From a virus (Duplodnaviria; Heunggongvirae; Uroviricota; Caudoviricetes): a stretch of 64,000 nucleotides of DNA. Location of the stretch: the IMG/VR virus record IMGVR_UViG_3300021256_000075, positions 1-64,000 of that record. The stretch is one strand, 5' to 3'. Numbering within the stretch: position 1 is the first letter of the stretch; every line of letters begins with the position of its first letter. Below are positions 55,906-64,000 of the stretch, in pieces. Made by a program: the position numbers and the translations under genes. Under the pieces are notes generated by a model. That model ran no database searches and had not been told where the DNA came from. It was given only the letters and a program-made list of their open reading frames with translations.

Positions 55906-56355
55906 ATGGATTACATGAATGATTTGCATGAACTTTGCGAGAGCATTTCCCGTGAGATTGCGGATGCCAATGAGAAAATCCGCAAGGCCGGAGGCAAACT
56001 GTCCGCAGGAGATGTTGATTACATTGACAAATTGACGCACACGCTGAAAAGCCTTAAAACAACTGTTGCTATGATGGAAGCCGAGGAAGATGGTTATAGC
56101 CAGAACAACTATGATGGCGGTTACAATGGCGGGAACTATAACGGTGGTAATTCCTATGGCTACCGTGGTGGAAACTCCTATGCGCGAGGACGCGGCAGAA
56201 ACGCAAACCGGGACAGCATGGGCAGATACTCTAGCGGCTATTCCCGGAATGGTGATTTTGTGGAACAGCTTCACGAGCTGATGCAGGATGCTCCGAACGA
56301 TCAGATTCGGAAGGACATTCAGCGTCTCGCGGATAAGGTCGAACAGTCTATGTAA
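55906..56355 (+). CDS. cassette protein 9 (copy 2): G/Y/N-rich low-complexity protein
   Basis: GGYNGGNYNGGNSYGYRGGNSYARGRGRN. Confidence 0.5.
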   Translation: MDYMNDLHELCESISREIADANEKIRKAGGKLSAGDVDYIDKLTHTLKSLKTTVAMMEAEEDGYSQNNYDGGYNGGNYNGGNSYGYRGGNSYARGRGRNANRDSMGRYSSGYSRNGDFVEQLHELMQDAPNDQIRKDIQRLADKVEQSM

Positions 56356-56370
56356 TGGGAGGGAATCACT

Positions 56371-56715
56371 TTGATACGGGAAGACGATCTGGATGAGGCC
56401 ATCGCCTCGTGTCAAGGGGAACGGAATCCCACGGCAAGCACTTGCATAAAGCTTGCGGCGTTTTACAATCTCAAGGAACACTTGTTTCCTGCTCAAAATA
56501 ACGCTCAAATTGCCCCTTCTGCGCGTTTTCCAGAGATGGATAGGTATTCATACGCATCTGGAGAACAAACGATAGAAACGGCAATAGAATCGGAATTTTG
56601 CGATGCCATACGAGGCAAAACGGTTTCGGAAGTGCTTCCCGTTCTGAATGAGCTTATGGAAACGCTGAAAGTGATCAATCCGAAACTTTACAATGTGGCA
56701 CTCTCGAAGTTCTGA
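56371..56715 (+). CDS. cassette protein 10, copy 2 only (114 aa; TTG start)
   Basis: RBS gggaggg; no counterpart in copy 1. Confidence 0.35.
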   Translation: MIREDDLDEAIASCQGERNPTASTCIKLAAFYNLKEHLFPAQNNAQIAPSARFPEMDRYSYASGEQTIETAIESEFCDAIRGKTVSEVLPVLNELMETLKVINPKLYNVALSKF

Positions 56716-56717
56716 GC

Positions 56718-56750
56718 CTTGAAAAGTCCTGCTTTTGCAGGGCTTTTTTT
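56718..56750 (+). terminator. rho-independent terminator ending cassette 2
   Basis: cctgc...gcagg hairpin plus T8. Confidence 0.5.
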
Positions 56751-56787
56751 CATGCAAAAAATTTCTGAAAAAATTTCGAAAAAGCCC

Positions 56788-56816
56788 TTGACTTCTGTAT
56801 AGGTAAGCTGTATACT
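56788..56816 (+). promoter_or_regulatory. phage C early promoter P1
   Basis: TTGACT-17-TATACT with AT-rich UP region. Confidence 0.55.
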
Positions 56817-56851
56817 ATGTACATAAATTAACTGATATGGAGGATGAAACC

Positions 56852-57994
56852 ATGACTAACACCTACCGCATTGCTGAAGACAACCGCGAGAATGTTGCGA
56901 AGAAGATCAACCGCCTTCTCAAGAAGGCGAACCAGTACGGTTTCGAACTGGAAGTAAGCTTCGGAGAAACCTATGTTGCTGAAATCCCCGTGGTTAATGA
57001 GGAAGAGGGAACGAGCTACACAGAGTATTATGAAGTGTTCGATCTTACAATCACTTCTGAAGGCCGCATCAAAAAGGGCGACTATGAAGTTCTCGCAAAG
57101 CTCGACCACACGGACGAAGGAAACGTTGTGACCTTGATCGATGCTGATGAGTGCAAGCCGGAATGGACAACAATCAAGCCTTTCTGCAAGCACTGCAACA
57201 GCAACCACAATCTCAAGTATACTTACATCGTGAAGGGAGCAGAAGGAGAAAAACAGATCGGAAAAACCTGCTTGAAAGACTATTGCGGAATCGACCCGCA
57301 GTCGGTTGGCATTTGGAATGAGCTGAATGCAGTTGCTACTTCCGAGGACATTGAGCACGAGCAGAGAGATTTAACCATACATTCTCACATGATTCGGACG
57401 GTTGAAGCTCTGGCGCTTGCCATTGAAATCATGGCAGAGCAGGGATACGTTAAGAGTGATGAGAAAGGATGCAACAAGATTAAACTGGCAGAAAGGATTG
57501 CTAAGAAAGCAACGCCTTCCGAGGAATCCATGAAGAAGGCTGAAGAAATCGGAAAGGCGATCTTGGAAATCAGCCTTGAAGATGCTTGCAGAGCAATGCT
57601 CAACACGGTGCAGACACTGCTCAAAAACAAGTTCTCCAAGCTCAACTACCTCGGATACATCGCATATGCTCCTCTGGCATACGAGATGTACGCCAAGAAA
57701 GAGGCAGAAAGGAAGGCAAAAGAGCAGAGCGAAAAGAATTCCCAGTACATCGGGAACATTGGTGAAAAGGTGAGCATTGCAGTTGCTGAATGTAAGCTTT
57801 GCACCAGTTGGGAAAACCAGTGGGGATACACCTACCTCTATAAGATCACTGATCAGCAGGGAAATGTGTTCATTTGGTACGCTTCCTCCTGCATCACTCA
57901 CGAAGTAAGCAAGATCACTGGGACAGTGAAACAGCACTCCGAACGGGATGGAGTAAAACAGACGATAATCACCAGATGCAAAGCAGTGGCATAA
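56852..57994 (+). CDS. phage early protein (381 aa) with CxxC pairs
   Basis: ATG 56852 after RBS ggagga. Confidence 0.45.
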   Translation: MTNTYRIAEDNRENVAKKINRLLKKANQYGFELEVSFGETYVAEIPVVNEEEGTSYTEYYEVFDLTITSEGRIKKGDYEVLAKLDHTDEGNVVTLIDADECKPEWTTIKPFCKHCNSNHNLKYTYIVKGAEGEKQIGKTCLKDYCGIDPQSVGIWNELNAVATSEDIEHEQRDLTIHSHMIRTVEALALAIEIMAEQGYVKSDEKGCNKIKLAERIAKKATPSEESMKKAEEIGKAILEISLEDACRAMLNTVQTLLKNKFSKLNYLGYIAYAPLAYEMYAKKEAERKAKEQSEKNSQYIGNIGEKVSIAVAECKLCTSWENQWGYTYLYKITDQQGNVFIWYASSCITHEVSKITGTVKQHSERDGVKQTIITRCKAVA

Positions 57995-58057
57995 ACCACT
58001 GCTTTTCTTTTGTTTTCCGGCAGGAAAAAATTTTTCAAACTTTTTTTCAAAAACCCC

Positions 58058-58086
58058 TTGACAGTTATATAGGCTAGCTGTATAAT
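58058..58086 (+). promoter_or_regulatory. phage C early promoter P2
   Basis: TTGACA-17-TGTATAAT (extended -10); spacer ataggctagctg conserved. Confidence 0.6.
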
Positions 58087-58116
58087 GAGTACATCAAATG
58101 AGGGAGGGACAACACC

Positions 58117-58719
58117 ATGAAGAAAGCAGAACTGAGCTACACCGCACGGATGAACGATATGATCAAGGCAAACGCAAGCCTTGAAAGAGCTAAGAAGAGC
58201 TACGATAAGAAGCTTGCAAACGCTGTAAAGCTCGGAGTCGACCAGATGACCAACGAAGAGCGGCTTGCATGGCTGAAGACCGTTCCTTGTGACGAATACG
58301 GATTTATGCAGGACAAAGAAGCGATTAAGAAGAACGGCGCTTGGTTTGATCTCCTTATAGCCCGGCAGAATCTGGAGGGTGCAGAATACAAGGTACAGAA
58401 AGCAGAAGAACAGCTGAACAAAGCAGAAGAAGCTTTCCAGAATGTAAAGGCTGAAGAAGAAATGATGGCAGATGCCAAGATGAAAGAAGCCCTTTGGGAA
58501 GAGGAATTCGAGAAGGAACAGAAGGAATGGGCGAAGGACGGAATCAACCTCATGAAGAGATACGAGGGAATGACTCCGAAGGGACAGCACTTCATGATTT
58601 ACGGGAACAGCGGATGGACAATGAGGTCTCGCCACTGCGTAACCCTCTACGTTGGAGGAAACGTGATCTTCACTTCCGGCGAGTTCTGGAGAGCATACAT
58701 GGAGATCAAAGCAAGGTAA
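58117..58719 (+). CDS. coiled-coil early protein
   Basis: ORF with RBS gagggaggg. Confidence 0.45.
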   Translation: MKKAELSYTARMNDMIKANASLERAKKSYDKKLANAVKLGVDQMTNEERLAWLKTVPCDEYGFMQDKEAIKKNGAWFDLLIARQNLEGAEYKVQKAEEQLNKAEEAFQNVKAEEEMMADAKMKEALWEEEFEKEQKEWAKDGINLMKRYEGMTPKGQHFMIYGNSGWTMRSRHCVTLYVGGNVIFTSGEFWRAYMEIKAR

Positions 58720-58795
58720 GATAAAGGCCGAGCGGAGCGGCTAAACTCCGCAACCTTGCTTCAAAAATTTCTTCAAAAAAGTTTTAAAAAGGTGC

Positions 58796-58824
58796 TTGAC
58801 AGTTTTATAGATAGGCTGTATAAT
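58796..58824 (+). promoter_or_regulatory. phage C early promoter P3
   Basis: TTGACA-17-TGTATAAT. Confidence 0.6.
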
Positions 58825-58853
58825 AGGAGCATAAATTAAAGGAGGATGAAACA

Positions 58854-59159
58854 ATGCTTAGTGAACTTACTATCAAGGCTCTCGAGGCGAAGGGCTTCAG
58901 CCGTTGGCAGAAAGGCGGCTATGATCGCCTGTACATCAATGCTTTCCATCTGGGCCTTGAATGTGCCTATCACAAAACTTGGAGCATCAAGCTTGCCGAG
59001 TTCCGCGGTGATCACATCAGCAACTCGGAAGCGTACCGAATGAAGAACGAGAAGACCTACATCAATGTGGAAAACGGTAAAGTCTTCTCCGGCAGGGATG
59101 ACTTCCGGGCGCTTGCACAAGAAATGCTTAACGAGGCAATAGCCTCTGTAAACGAGTGA
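58854..59159 (+). CDS. hypothetical early protein
   Basis: RBS aaggagg. Confidence 0.45.
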   Translation: MLSELTIKALEAKGFSRWQKGGYDRLYINAFHLGLECAYHKTWSIKLAEFRGDHISNSEAYRMKNEKTYINVENGKVFSGRDDFRALAQEMLNEAIASVNE

Positions 59160-59172
59160 AAAGAGAGGAGAA

Positions 59173-59472
59173 ATGAACATGACACAGCTTGGGAAATTCA
59201 AGGTATCTCTTCAAATCAAGGATACCAAGAGTGGAAAAAGGCAGACACTTGAAGGGTTTGTTTCCTTCGATCAAAACGAGAAACGGTATGGGAACGGCGT
59301 GTGCATGGTGGTTGAGGGACTTGGCGAACCGTTTGGAGAGCAGGGTTATGACATCCGCTATGATACGGACTTTCACGAGAAAATGCTCATCCAGTATATT
59401 GCAGACTGGTACACGAACAGATTTACACAGAGGTTTGTGCTTACTGGGATAAGCATCATAGAGGCGGAGTAA
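59173..59472 (+). CDS. hypothetical early protein
   Basis: RBS gagaggag. Confidence 0.4.
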   Translation: MNMTQLGKFKVSLQIKDTKSGKRQTLEGFVSFDQNEKRYGNGVCMVVEGLGEPFGEQGYDIRYDTDFHEKMLIQYIADWYTNRFTQRFVLTGISIIEAE

Positions 59473-59536
59473 AAGGGACAGCAAGGAGAGGCATCACGCA
59501 AGATGCATCTCCAGAGAAAAGAGAGGAGAAACGAAC

Positions 59537-59905
59537 ATGGCACTTTTCGGATTACCAACAGGAGAATTTGACCTGCTTTTGAAGCATAAGGGTCGTGGGA
59601 GGTACAAGACGGAATGGCAGACCGTCATGTTTGCAGACAGGCTAGACTTGGAAGATGTCGCGTCAGTAGTTGAAGACTGGTCGAAAAACTATAATGTTGT
59701 TGGAGCAAGGTACAACGGTAAAGCGGTAGATATTCCAACCAAGTACCATTGGGAATTCTCCATTAGTCCTACGGAGAATGAAGGATACTTCAACACCTAT
59801 GAAGAAGCCATTAGGGAAGCGACACGGCGCAGAAGGGCAAACAAAAAGGAAAAAGATAAAAGCAAGTGGTTACGGTCTGGCATGCCAGTTGTGGTATATG
59901 ATTAA
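59537..59905 (+). CDS. hypothetical early protein
   Basis: RBS gagaggag. Confidence 0.4.
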   Translation: MALFGLPTGEFDLLLKHKGRGRYKTEWQTVMFADRLDLEDVASVVEDWSKNYNVVGARYNGKAVDIPTKYHWEFSISPTENEGYFNTYEEAIREATRRRRANKKEKDKSKWLRSGMPVVVYD

Positions 59906-59961
59906 CAGTCTTGGCGAGAGGTACTTGAAACACAGTGCCTCTCAAGAAAGGGGAAGGGAAA

Positions 59962-60174
59962 ATGATCACACTTAAGAAGGCAGTTGGAGTCGGGAGAGTA
60001 ATGAGACTCGTTTCTTACTACCAGAGAGAAACGATAAGCACACACGAGTTCGCCAAGGCAATCACTGAGATGTGGGAGAATGGAGAACTTGCATCCGAAG
60101 AGGAAGAAACCATTCTGAAAAACATCGGAAGATTGAAGAATCTGAGACTCGAAAGAACGGAGGCAGGGGCATGA
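59962..60174 (+). CDS. hypothetical early protein
   Basis: ATG 59962 after ggggaaggg. Confidence 0.35.
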   Translation: MITLKKAVGVGRVMRLVSYYQRETISTHEFAKAITEMWENGELASEEEETILKNIGRLKNLRLERTEAGA

Positions 60175-60356
60175 TAACAAGGCCGATCACAGTGGATAAG
60201 GGCAGATGGTATGTGCAGAAAGCCGGGAGACACTTGATGTTATACGATGGTTTCACCGGGGAGCATATCAGAGACTTCCTGTCATGGGAAAAACTGACAG
60301 ACTATATCTGGGAGCAGAGAGCGAAGAAGGAAAAGAAAAATGAAGCGCATCTATGA
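60171..60356 (+). CDS. hypothetical early protein
   Basis: ATGA overlap. Confidence 0.35.
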   Translation: MITRPITVDKGRWYVQKAGRHLMLYDGFTGEHIRDFLSWEKLTDYIWEQRAKKEKKNEAHL

Positions 60357-60600
60357 AAAGATGGCAGTTCAGACACTTGTGTGGTGTCTGAGGCCGTACA
60401 CGAACATAACAATCATAGATAAGCTGATTGGTGGCGGAGAAATCACCGTATACGAAGGCAAGGTATCTGACGCGAACAAAATTAATGCCAAGTATAATGG
60501 CATCTCTGAATACAATGCCATGAAGGCCGCTGTTCGCGATATTGTCCCGGTAGACAATGGCGTAATCATCCGCATTGACACAAGGAACGAGGAGTTCTGA
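60340..60600 (+). CDS. hypothetical early protein
   Basis: ORF. Confidence 0.35.
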   Translation: MKRIYEKMAVQTLVWCLRPYTNITIIDKLIGGGEITVYEGKVSDANKINAKYNGISEYNAMKAAVRDIVPVDNGVIIRIDTRNEEF

Positions 60601-60615
60601 GAAAGGAGAGTCACG

Positions 60616-60828
60616 ATGGAAAAGAAGCTTTACGCATATGGACTATTACTGAGGCCGAGAGGCCCAATGTGCCAACCCAAAGGATATGTGGACTGGGTGG
60701 ACTTTGATGACAAGTGCAAGCTTTCTTCCAGCAAGGAAGTATGGTGCGTTCTCTGGTATGGCAGGGAACTTTCCGAAAAGGAAACTCACAATTTCGAAAT
60801 GACAAGATTGGAGGAAGAAGACAAATGA
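60616..60828 (+). CDS. hypothetical early protein
   Basis: RBS aaggagag. Confidence 0.35.
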   Translation: MEKKLYAYGLLLRPRGPMCQPKGYVDWVDFDDKCKLSSSKEVWCVLWYGRELSEKETHNFEMTRLEEEDK

Positions 60829-61082
60829 AACTGAAGGAACTCTGGAACGCTTATAAGGAAGCCAAGGTAAAAACACTTGCTCTCGAAAAGCAGATGAAAG
60901 CGGAAGGGCCGAGCATGTCAAGAAATGACATGTGGTTCGCAGTGTACGGAAACGAGTGGATGGCAGGGCAGGAAGTCGCGAGGGAGCTGATGGTTTCTTA
61001 CGGATACGACACGCACGAGGCCAACAGGATGGTATACCGCAGGCCGGAAGAAGTGGAAATGCTGATTAACAAAGTGGCGTAG
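60825..61082 (+). CDS. hypothetical early protein
   Basis: ATGA overlap. Confidence 0.35.
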   Translation: MKLKELWNAYKEAKVKTLALEKQMKAEGPSMSRNDMWFAVYGNEWMAGQEVARELMVSYGYDTHEANRMVYRRPEEVEMLINKVA

Positions 61083-61096
61083 GAAGGTGACGAAGC

Positions 61097-61279
61097 TTGA
61101 AGAATAATCCATGTAACATTTGTAAAAACAAAGTACGGTGTTCCGATATTGACTGTGTTCTCCATAGAGCTTGGAACAAGTGCCTGTACTGTAAGCAGTA
61201 TGAATGCTTTCTGAATTACGATGGTGATTGTGTTCTGTCGCTGTACGATGACTGCGGGAGCAGGAGAGGGGAAGAATAA
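61097..61279 (+). CDS. small Cys-rich protein (TTG start)
   Basis: CNICKNKVRC...C..C. Confidence 0.3.
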   Translation: MKNNPCNICKNKVRCSDIDCVLHRAWNKCLYCKQYECFLNYDGDCVLSLYDDCGSRRGEE

Positions 61280-61281
61280 CA

Positions 61282-61593
61282 ATGTTTACACGAATTGAAT
61301 TTTCACAGGATACAATTGAGTGCAAGATAAAAGTCAATTTCAAAATACTTATGTATATAATCAGTATCATAAGAGCGAACGTTGAATGGGACGAGAATTA
61401 TATCAAAATATTGGAAAAGGATGCTTCCAAAGTAAAAAGCCGTGATACTCTTGTTCGTATTCAGACTCTTTTGGAAAATAGAAAACATGACATTGAAATA
61501 GGGAAGGCTATTTATACAAAACTTTATAATTTCATTTTCGGCAATGATCCTGAGCTTGATTTGCGTGACTGTATGCCGGAAGAAAAGTGTTGA
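61282..61593 (+). CDS. hypothetical early protein
   Basis: ORF, AT-rich. Confidence 0.35.
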   Translation: MFTRIEFSQDTIECKIKVNFKILMYIISIIRANVEWDENYIKILEKDASKVKSRDTLVRIQTLLENRKHDIEIGKAIYTKLYNFIFGNDPELDLRDCMPEEKC

Positions 61594-61619
61594 CACTGCC
61601 TATAGAAAAGGCGTATACT
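61590..61619 (+). promoter_or_regulatory. phage C early promoter P4
   Basis: TTGACA-18-TATACT. Confidence 0.45.
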
Positions 61620-61642
61620 GAGGAGAAGGAGGATGAAAGCGC

Positions 61643-61849
61643 ATGTCAACACTGCCGGAATGCTTACAGAGAGCAAAAGCAAAGTACCAGAAGAAAAACG
61701 GAGTAACGGTGACATTAATCCTGCATAATGAGTATGATGCGGATATCATCGAGAAACTTCAGACCGTTGAAAACAGAGCAGGATATGTCAAGGGGCTTAT
61801 CCTCGAGCAGATAGCAAAAGAGGGGGGTGCTCCAGATGCCAGTAAATGA
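61643..61849 (+). CDS. small DNA-binding-like protein (paralog A)
   Basis: Paralog of 61836-62024. Confidence 0.4.
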   Translation: MSTLPECLQRAKAKYQKKNGVTVTLILHNEYDADIIEKLQTVENRAGYVKGLILEQIAKEGGAPDASK

Positions 61850-62024
61850 GGCACTTGCGAAGGCGCAGAAGAAGTACCGGAAAGAGCATCAGACCCTTAT
61901 AAGCATCCGACTTTACAAGACTTCGAACAAGGACATTCTGGACAGGCTTGAACAGGAGCAGAACCGATCTGGATTTATCAAGAAACTGATACGGGAAGAC
62001 ATTCAAAGAAAAAAAGAAGGCTGA
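61836..62024 (+). CDS. small DNA-binding-like protein (paralog B)
   Basis: Shared KAKAKYQKK/KAQKKYRKE...NR(A/S)G(Y/F)(V/I)K(G/K)LI pattern. Confidence 0.4.
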   Translation: MPVNEALAKAQKKYRKEHQTLISIRLYKTSNKDILDRLEQEQNRSGFIKKLIREDIQRKKEG

Positions 62025-62079
62025 TTTCAGTCTTCTTTTTTTGTCCGAAAATTTTCCTCAAAAAAATGAAAATTGGTGC

Positions 62080-62108
62080 TTGACAGTTTTATAGGCTAGC
62101 TGTATAAT
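62080..62108 (+). promoter_or_regulatory. phage C early promoter P5
   Basis: TTGACA-17-TGTATAAT; near-identical to P2. Confidence 0.6.
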
Positions 62109-62139
62109 GTTGACATACTGATAGAGGAGGAACAAGACA

Positions 62140-62358
62140 ATGACAATCAAACTTTTCGTGGACGGTGAAGAGTACATTCCGCAGGCGAATGAAGCCAAGG
62201 CAGACCACATTGAAATGTGGTACGACCGCCACCAGAAACTTTGGACTCTGTACCCTGTTGACGCTGAAGGATTCCAGATAGCCGGAGCAGAGTATGGATA
62301 TGGAAAGAAAGAGGCGCTGAGAATTAAGAAAGAACTGGAAGAAGAATACGGCCTGTAA
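62140..62358 (+). CDS. hypothetical early protein
   Basis: RBS gaggagg. Confidence 0.4.
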   Translation: MTIKLFVDGEEYIPQANEAKADHIEMWYDRHQKLWTLYPVDAEGFQIAGAEYGYGKKEALRIKKELEEEYGL

Positions 62359-62497
62359 CTTGGAAAGGAGTAAGGAAGATGACAACGAAGGACAAACTGC
62401 ACATGATGCAGGAAATCGAGAAGCGGAACGAAAAGAGGCTTGCCGAGTACCTCGACAAGACCTCTGAAAAATAATTTCAAGAAAATGCAAAATACCT

Positions 62498-62526
62498 ATT
62501 GACATAACAATAGATAGGCTGTATAA
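62498..62526 (+). promoter_or_regulatory. phage C early promoter P6
   Basis: TTGACA-17-TGTATAAT. Confidence 0.6.
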
Positions 62527-62566
62527 TGTGCTATAGTAAAACAGTTAAAGATAAGGAGATAAAACA

Positions 62567-63649
62567 ATGGCAAGAGCAAGAGCAATTTGCAAGTGCAAAT
62601 ACTGTGGCAAAGAGTTTGAGGTAATCGCATTCAGAAACAATCGGAAAGATGCGGACAGTTATGAACAGTGGGCCGTTGAAAACATCGTGCAGTGCCCAGA
62701 GTGCCGTGAGCAGGAACGGCAAAAGCAGAGAGAAGAAGAAGCCATGAAGAATCTGGAAGAGTCCAATGAAAACGGATGGCCGGAGCTGAAGGGAACTGAA
62801 AAGCAGATTAAGTGGGCAATCACTATCCGTGCCGAAGGTATGAAAGCAGTTGCCGAAAAAGTCCGCAAAGATAAGCTGAATGAATTCTGGGCGTATGCTC
62901 TGAAGGTTATGGAAGAAAAGAACAATGCATCTTGGTGGATTGATAACAGGAATTTTATCACACAAAGTATTGTGAAAGTGATTGTAGCCAAAGAAAAAGA
63001 CGCGGCTGAAGAAAAAATGAACGACTCTGCGGCAACGACCGCAGAGCCTGTGGAAAAAAAGCACACTGGTGCAGTGAGCATTGCTATTATTAACGAGGCA
63101 GTGCAGGCAAAGTATCAAAAAAATGATGATTTCATCGCAGTTGTGAAAGCACTGGGATTCAAGTGGGATGGCATTACTTGGATTTTGAAATGCGGAGTAA
63201 CTACGGGAACAGCTGAAGAACGCGCCGCAGAACTTGGCAATAATCTTTTGAATGCAGGATTTGCAATCATGATTCAAGATCAAGAGATTCTCAAAAATGC
63301 CATTGATGGAAATTACACACCTCGCACCTTCAGATGGATTTCAAAACTGATGAGCGAAGAAAAGTTTTCTATCCAGTGGGGAAAAGATGACGATCTTTAC
63401 AAAGCGGCTAAAAGGCTTCCGCATGCGCGGTACAGCTCCGGGAGAATCGAAGTACCAGTTTCCGAGGCAGATGCAGTGATGGATTTTGCAAAAACGTATG
63501 ATTTCAAGCTTACGAAGGGCGCACAAGATGTGATGGATAGAATCATTAAAGTAGTACCTGCAGAGGTTAAAAAGGCCGAATATTGCGAAGAAAACGTAAA
63601 ATATATATTGAATACATCCCGTGAAGTGTTGGAGGATTTGAAAGATTGA
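62567..63649 (+). CDS. early protein with N-terminal zinc ribbon (360 aa)
   Basis: CKCKYCGKEF...CPECREQ. Confidence 0.45.
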   Translation: MARARAICKCKYCGKEFEVIAFRNNRKDADSYEQWAVENIVQCPECREQERQKQREEEAMKNLEESNENGWPELKGTEKQIKWAITIRAEGMKAVAEKVRKDKLNEFWAYALKVMEEKNNASWWIDNRNFITQSIVKVIVAKEKDAAEEKMNDSAATTAEPVEKKHTGAVSIAIINEAVQAKYQKNDDFIAVVKALGFKWDGITWILKCGVTTGTAEERAAELGNNLLNAGFAIMIQDQEILKNAIDGNYTPRTFRWISKLMSEEKFSIQWGKDDDLYKAAKRLPHARYSSGRIEVPVSEADAVMDFAKTYDFKLTKGAQDVMDRIIKVVPAEVKKAEYCEENVKYILNTSREVLEDLKD

Positions 63650-64000
63650 TGAAATTAAAAACACTGCTCTATCCTTGGCAGGAGAAAGCAGTTGAGAAAC
63701 TGATAGGCTTGAAGGTTGGAGCTTTATACTTAGAGATGGGAACGGGAAAGACGAGGACGGCAATAGAAATAATCTATCGCCGCCTCTCTTCCGGGAAACT
63801 TGACAAAGTGCTTTGGCTTTGTCCGTGTTCTGTACGGCAGAATCTTAAGGATGATATTCAAAAGCACACGGAAGGAGCATTCCCTTTAATCACCGTTTAT
63901 GGAATTGAAAGCCTCTCATCGAGTGACAGATTGTACGAATTACTTTTGAAATATGCTTCTTCCGGGCAAACCATGCTTGTGGTTGACGAAAGCAATCTTG
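63649..64000 (+). CDS. SNF2/DEAD-like helicase, N-terminal part (continues beyond window)
   Basis: Motif I EMGTGKT and motif II VVDESNL. Confidence 0.5.
   Translation, partial: MKLKTLLYPWQEKAVEKLIGLKVGALYLEMGTGKTRTAIEIIYRRLSSGKLDKVLWLCPCSVRQNLKDDIQKHTEGAFPLITVYGIESLSSSDRLYELLLKYASSGQTMLVVDESNL

Noticed and set aside
1-64000. CRISPR array or integrase/recombinase
   Set aside because: No repeat-spacer periodicity was seen beyond the short tandem repeats listed. No ORF carries R..HxxR..Y tyrosine-recombinase or serine-recombinase motifs.

Overview
The window is almost entirely + strand tailed-phage DNA (siphovirus-like, Firmicutes/Clostridia-type gene content). No integrase, CRISPR array or rRNA was found, so it may be tandem prophages or concatenated phage genomes. 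Layout: (1) nt 1-7420, late end of phage A with tail fibers and a lysin / membrane coiled-coil protein / phi-LC3 holin lysis cassette. (2) 7454-13745, a cassette of low-complexity Q/P/Y-rich, G/Y-rich and Cys-rich proteins plus a sigma-70 region-4-only protein and a papain-like enzyme; in this copy it is interrupted by an HNH/AP2-like gene, three promoter-driven morons and a tandem array of three antisense mini transcription units. (3) 13860-24350, an early-type region with many small Cys-rich proteins, an RlmN/Cfr-like radical SAM enzyme, an HNH endonuclease, a PAPS-reductase pseudogene with a G10 tract, an SPFH protein and ThyX, followed by an sRNA-like unit and a tRNA-Gln(UUG). (4) 24690-51741, a complete phage B module: ParB-like nuclease, TerS, TerL, portal, MuF protein with a C-terminal papain-like toxin-like domain and putative immunity gene, scaffold, capsid, connectors, major tail protein, G/GT chaperone with a canonical -1 slip site, 1100-aa tape measure, Dit, Tal-like, fibers, a second lysis cassette, and a 1005-aa fiber carrying a metallophosphoesterase domain. 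(5) 51801-51847, a tRNA 3'-half fragment that may be an att core. (6) 52496-56750, a second, diverged and uninterrupted copy of the cassette. (7) 56788-64000, the early region of phage C, with six near-identical extended -10 promoters driving small genes and ending in an SNF2-like helicase. The twin cassette and the antisense mini-unit array are the most unusual features.
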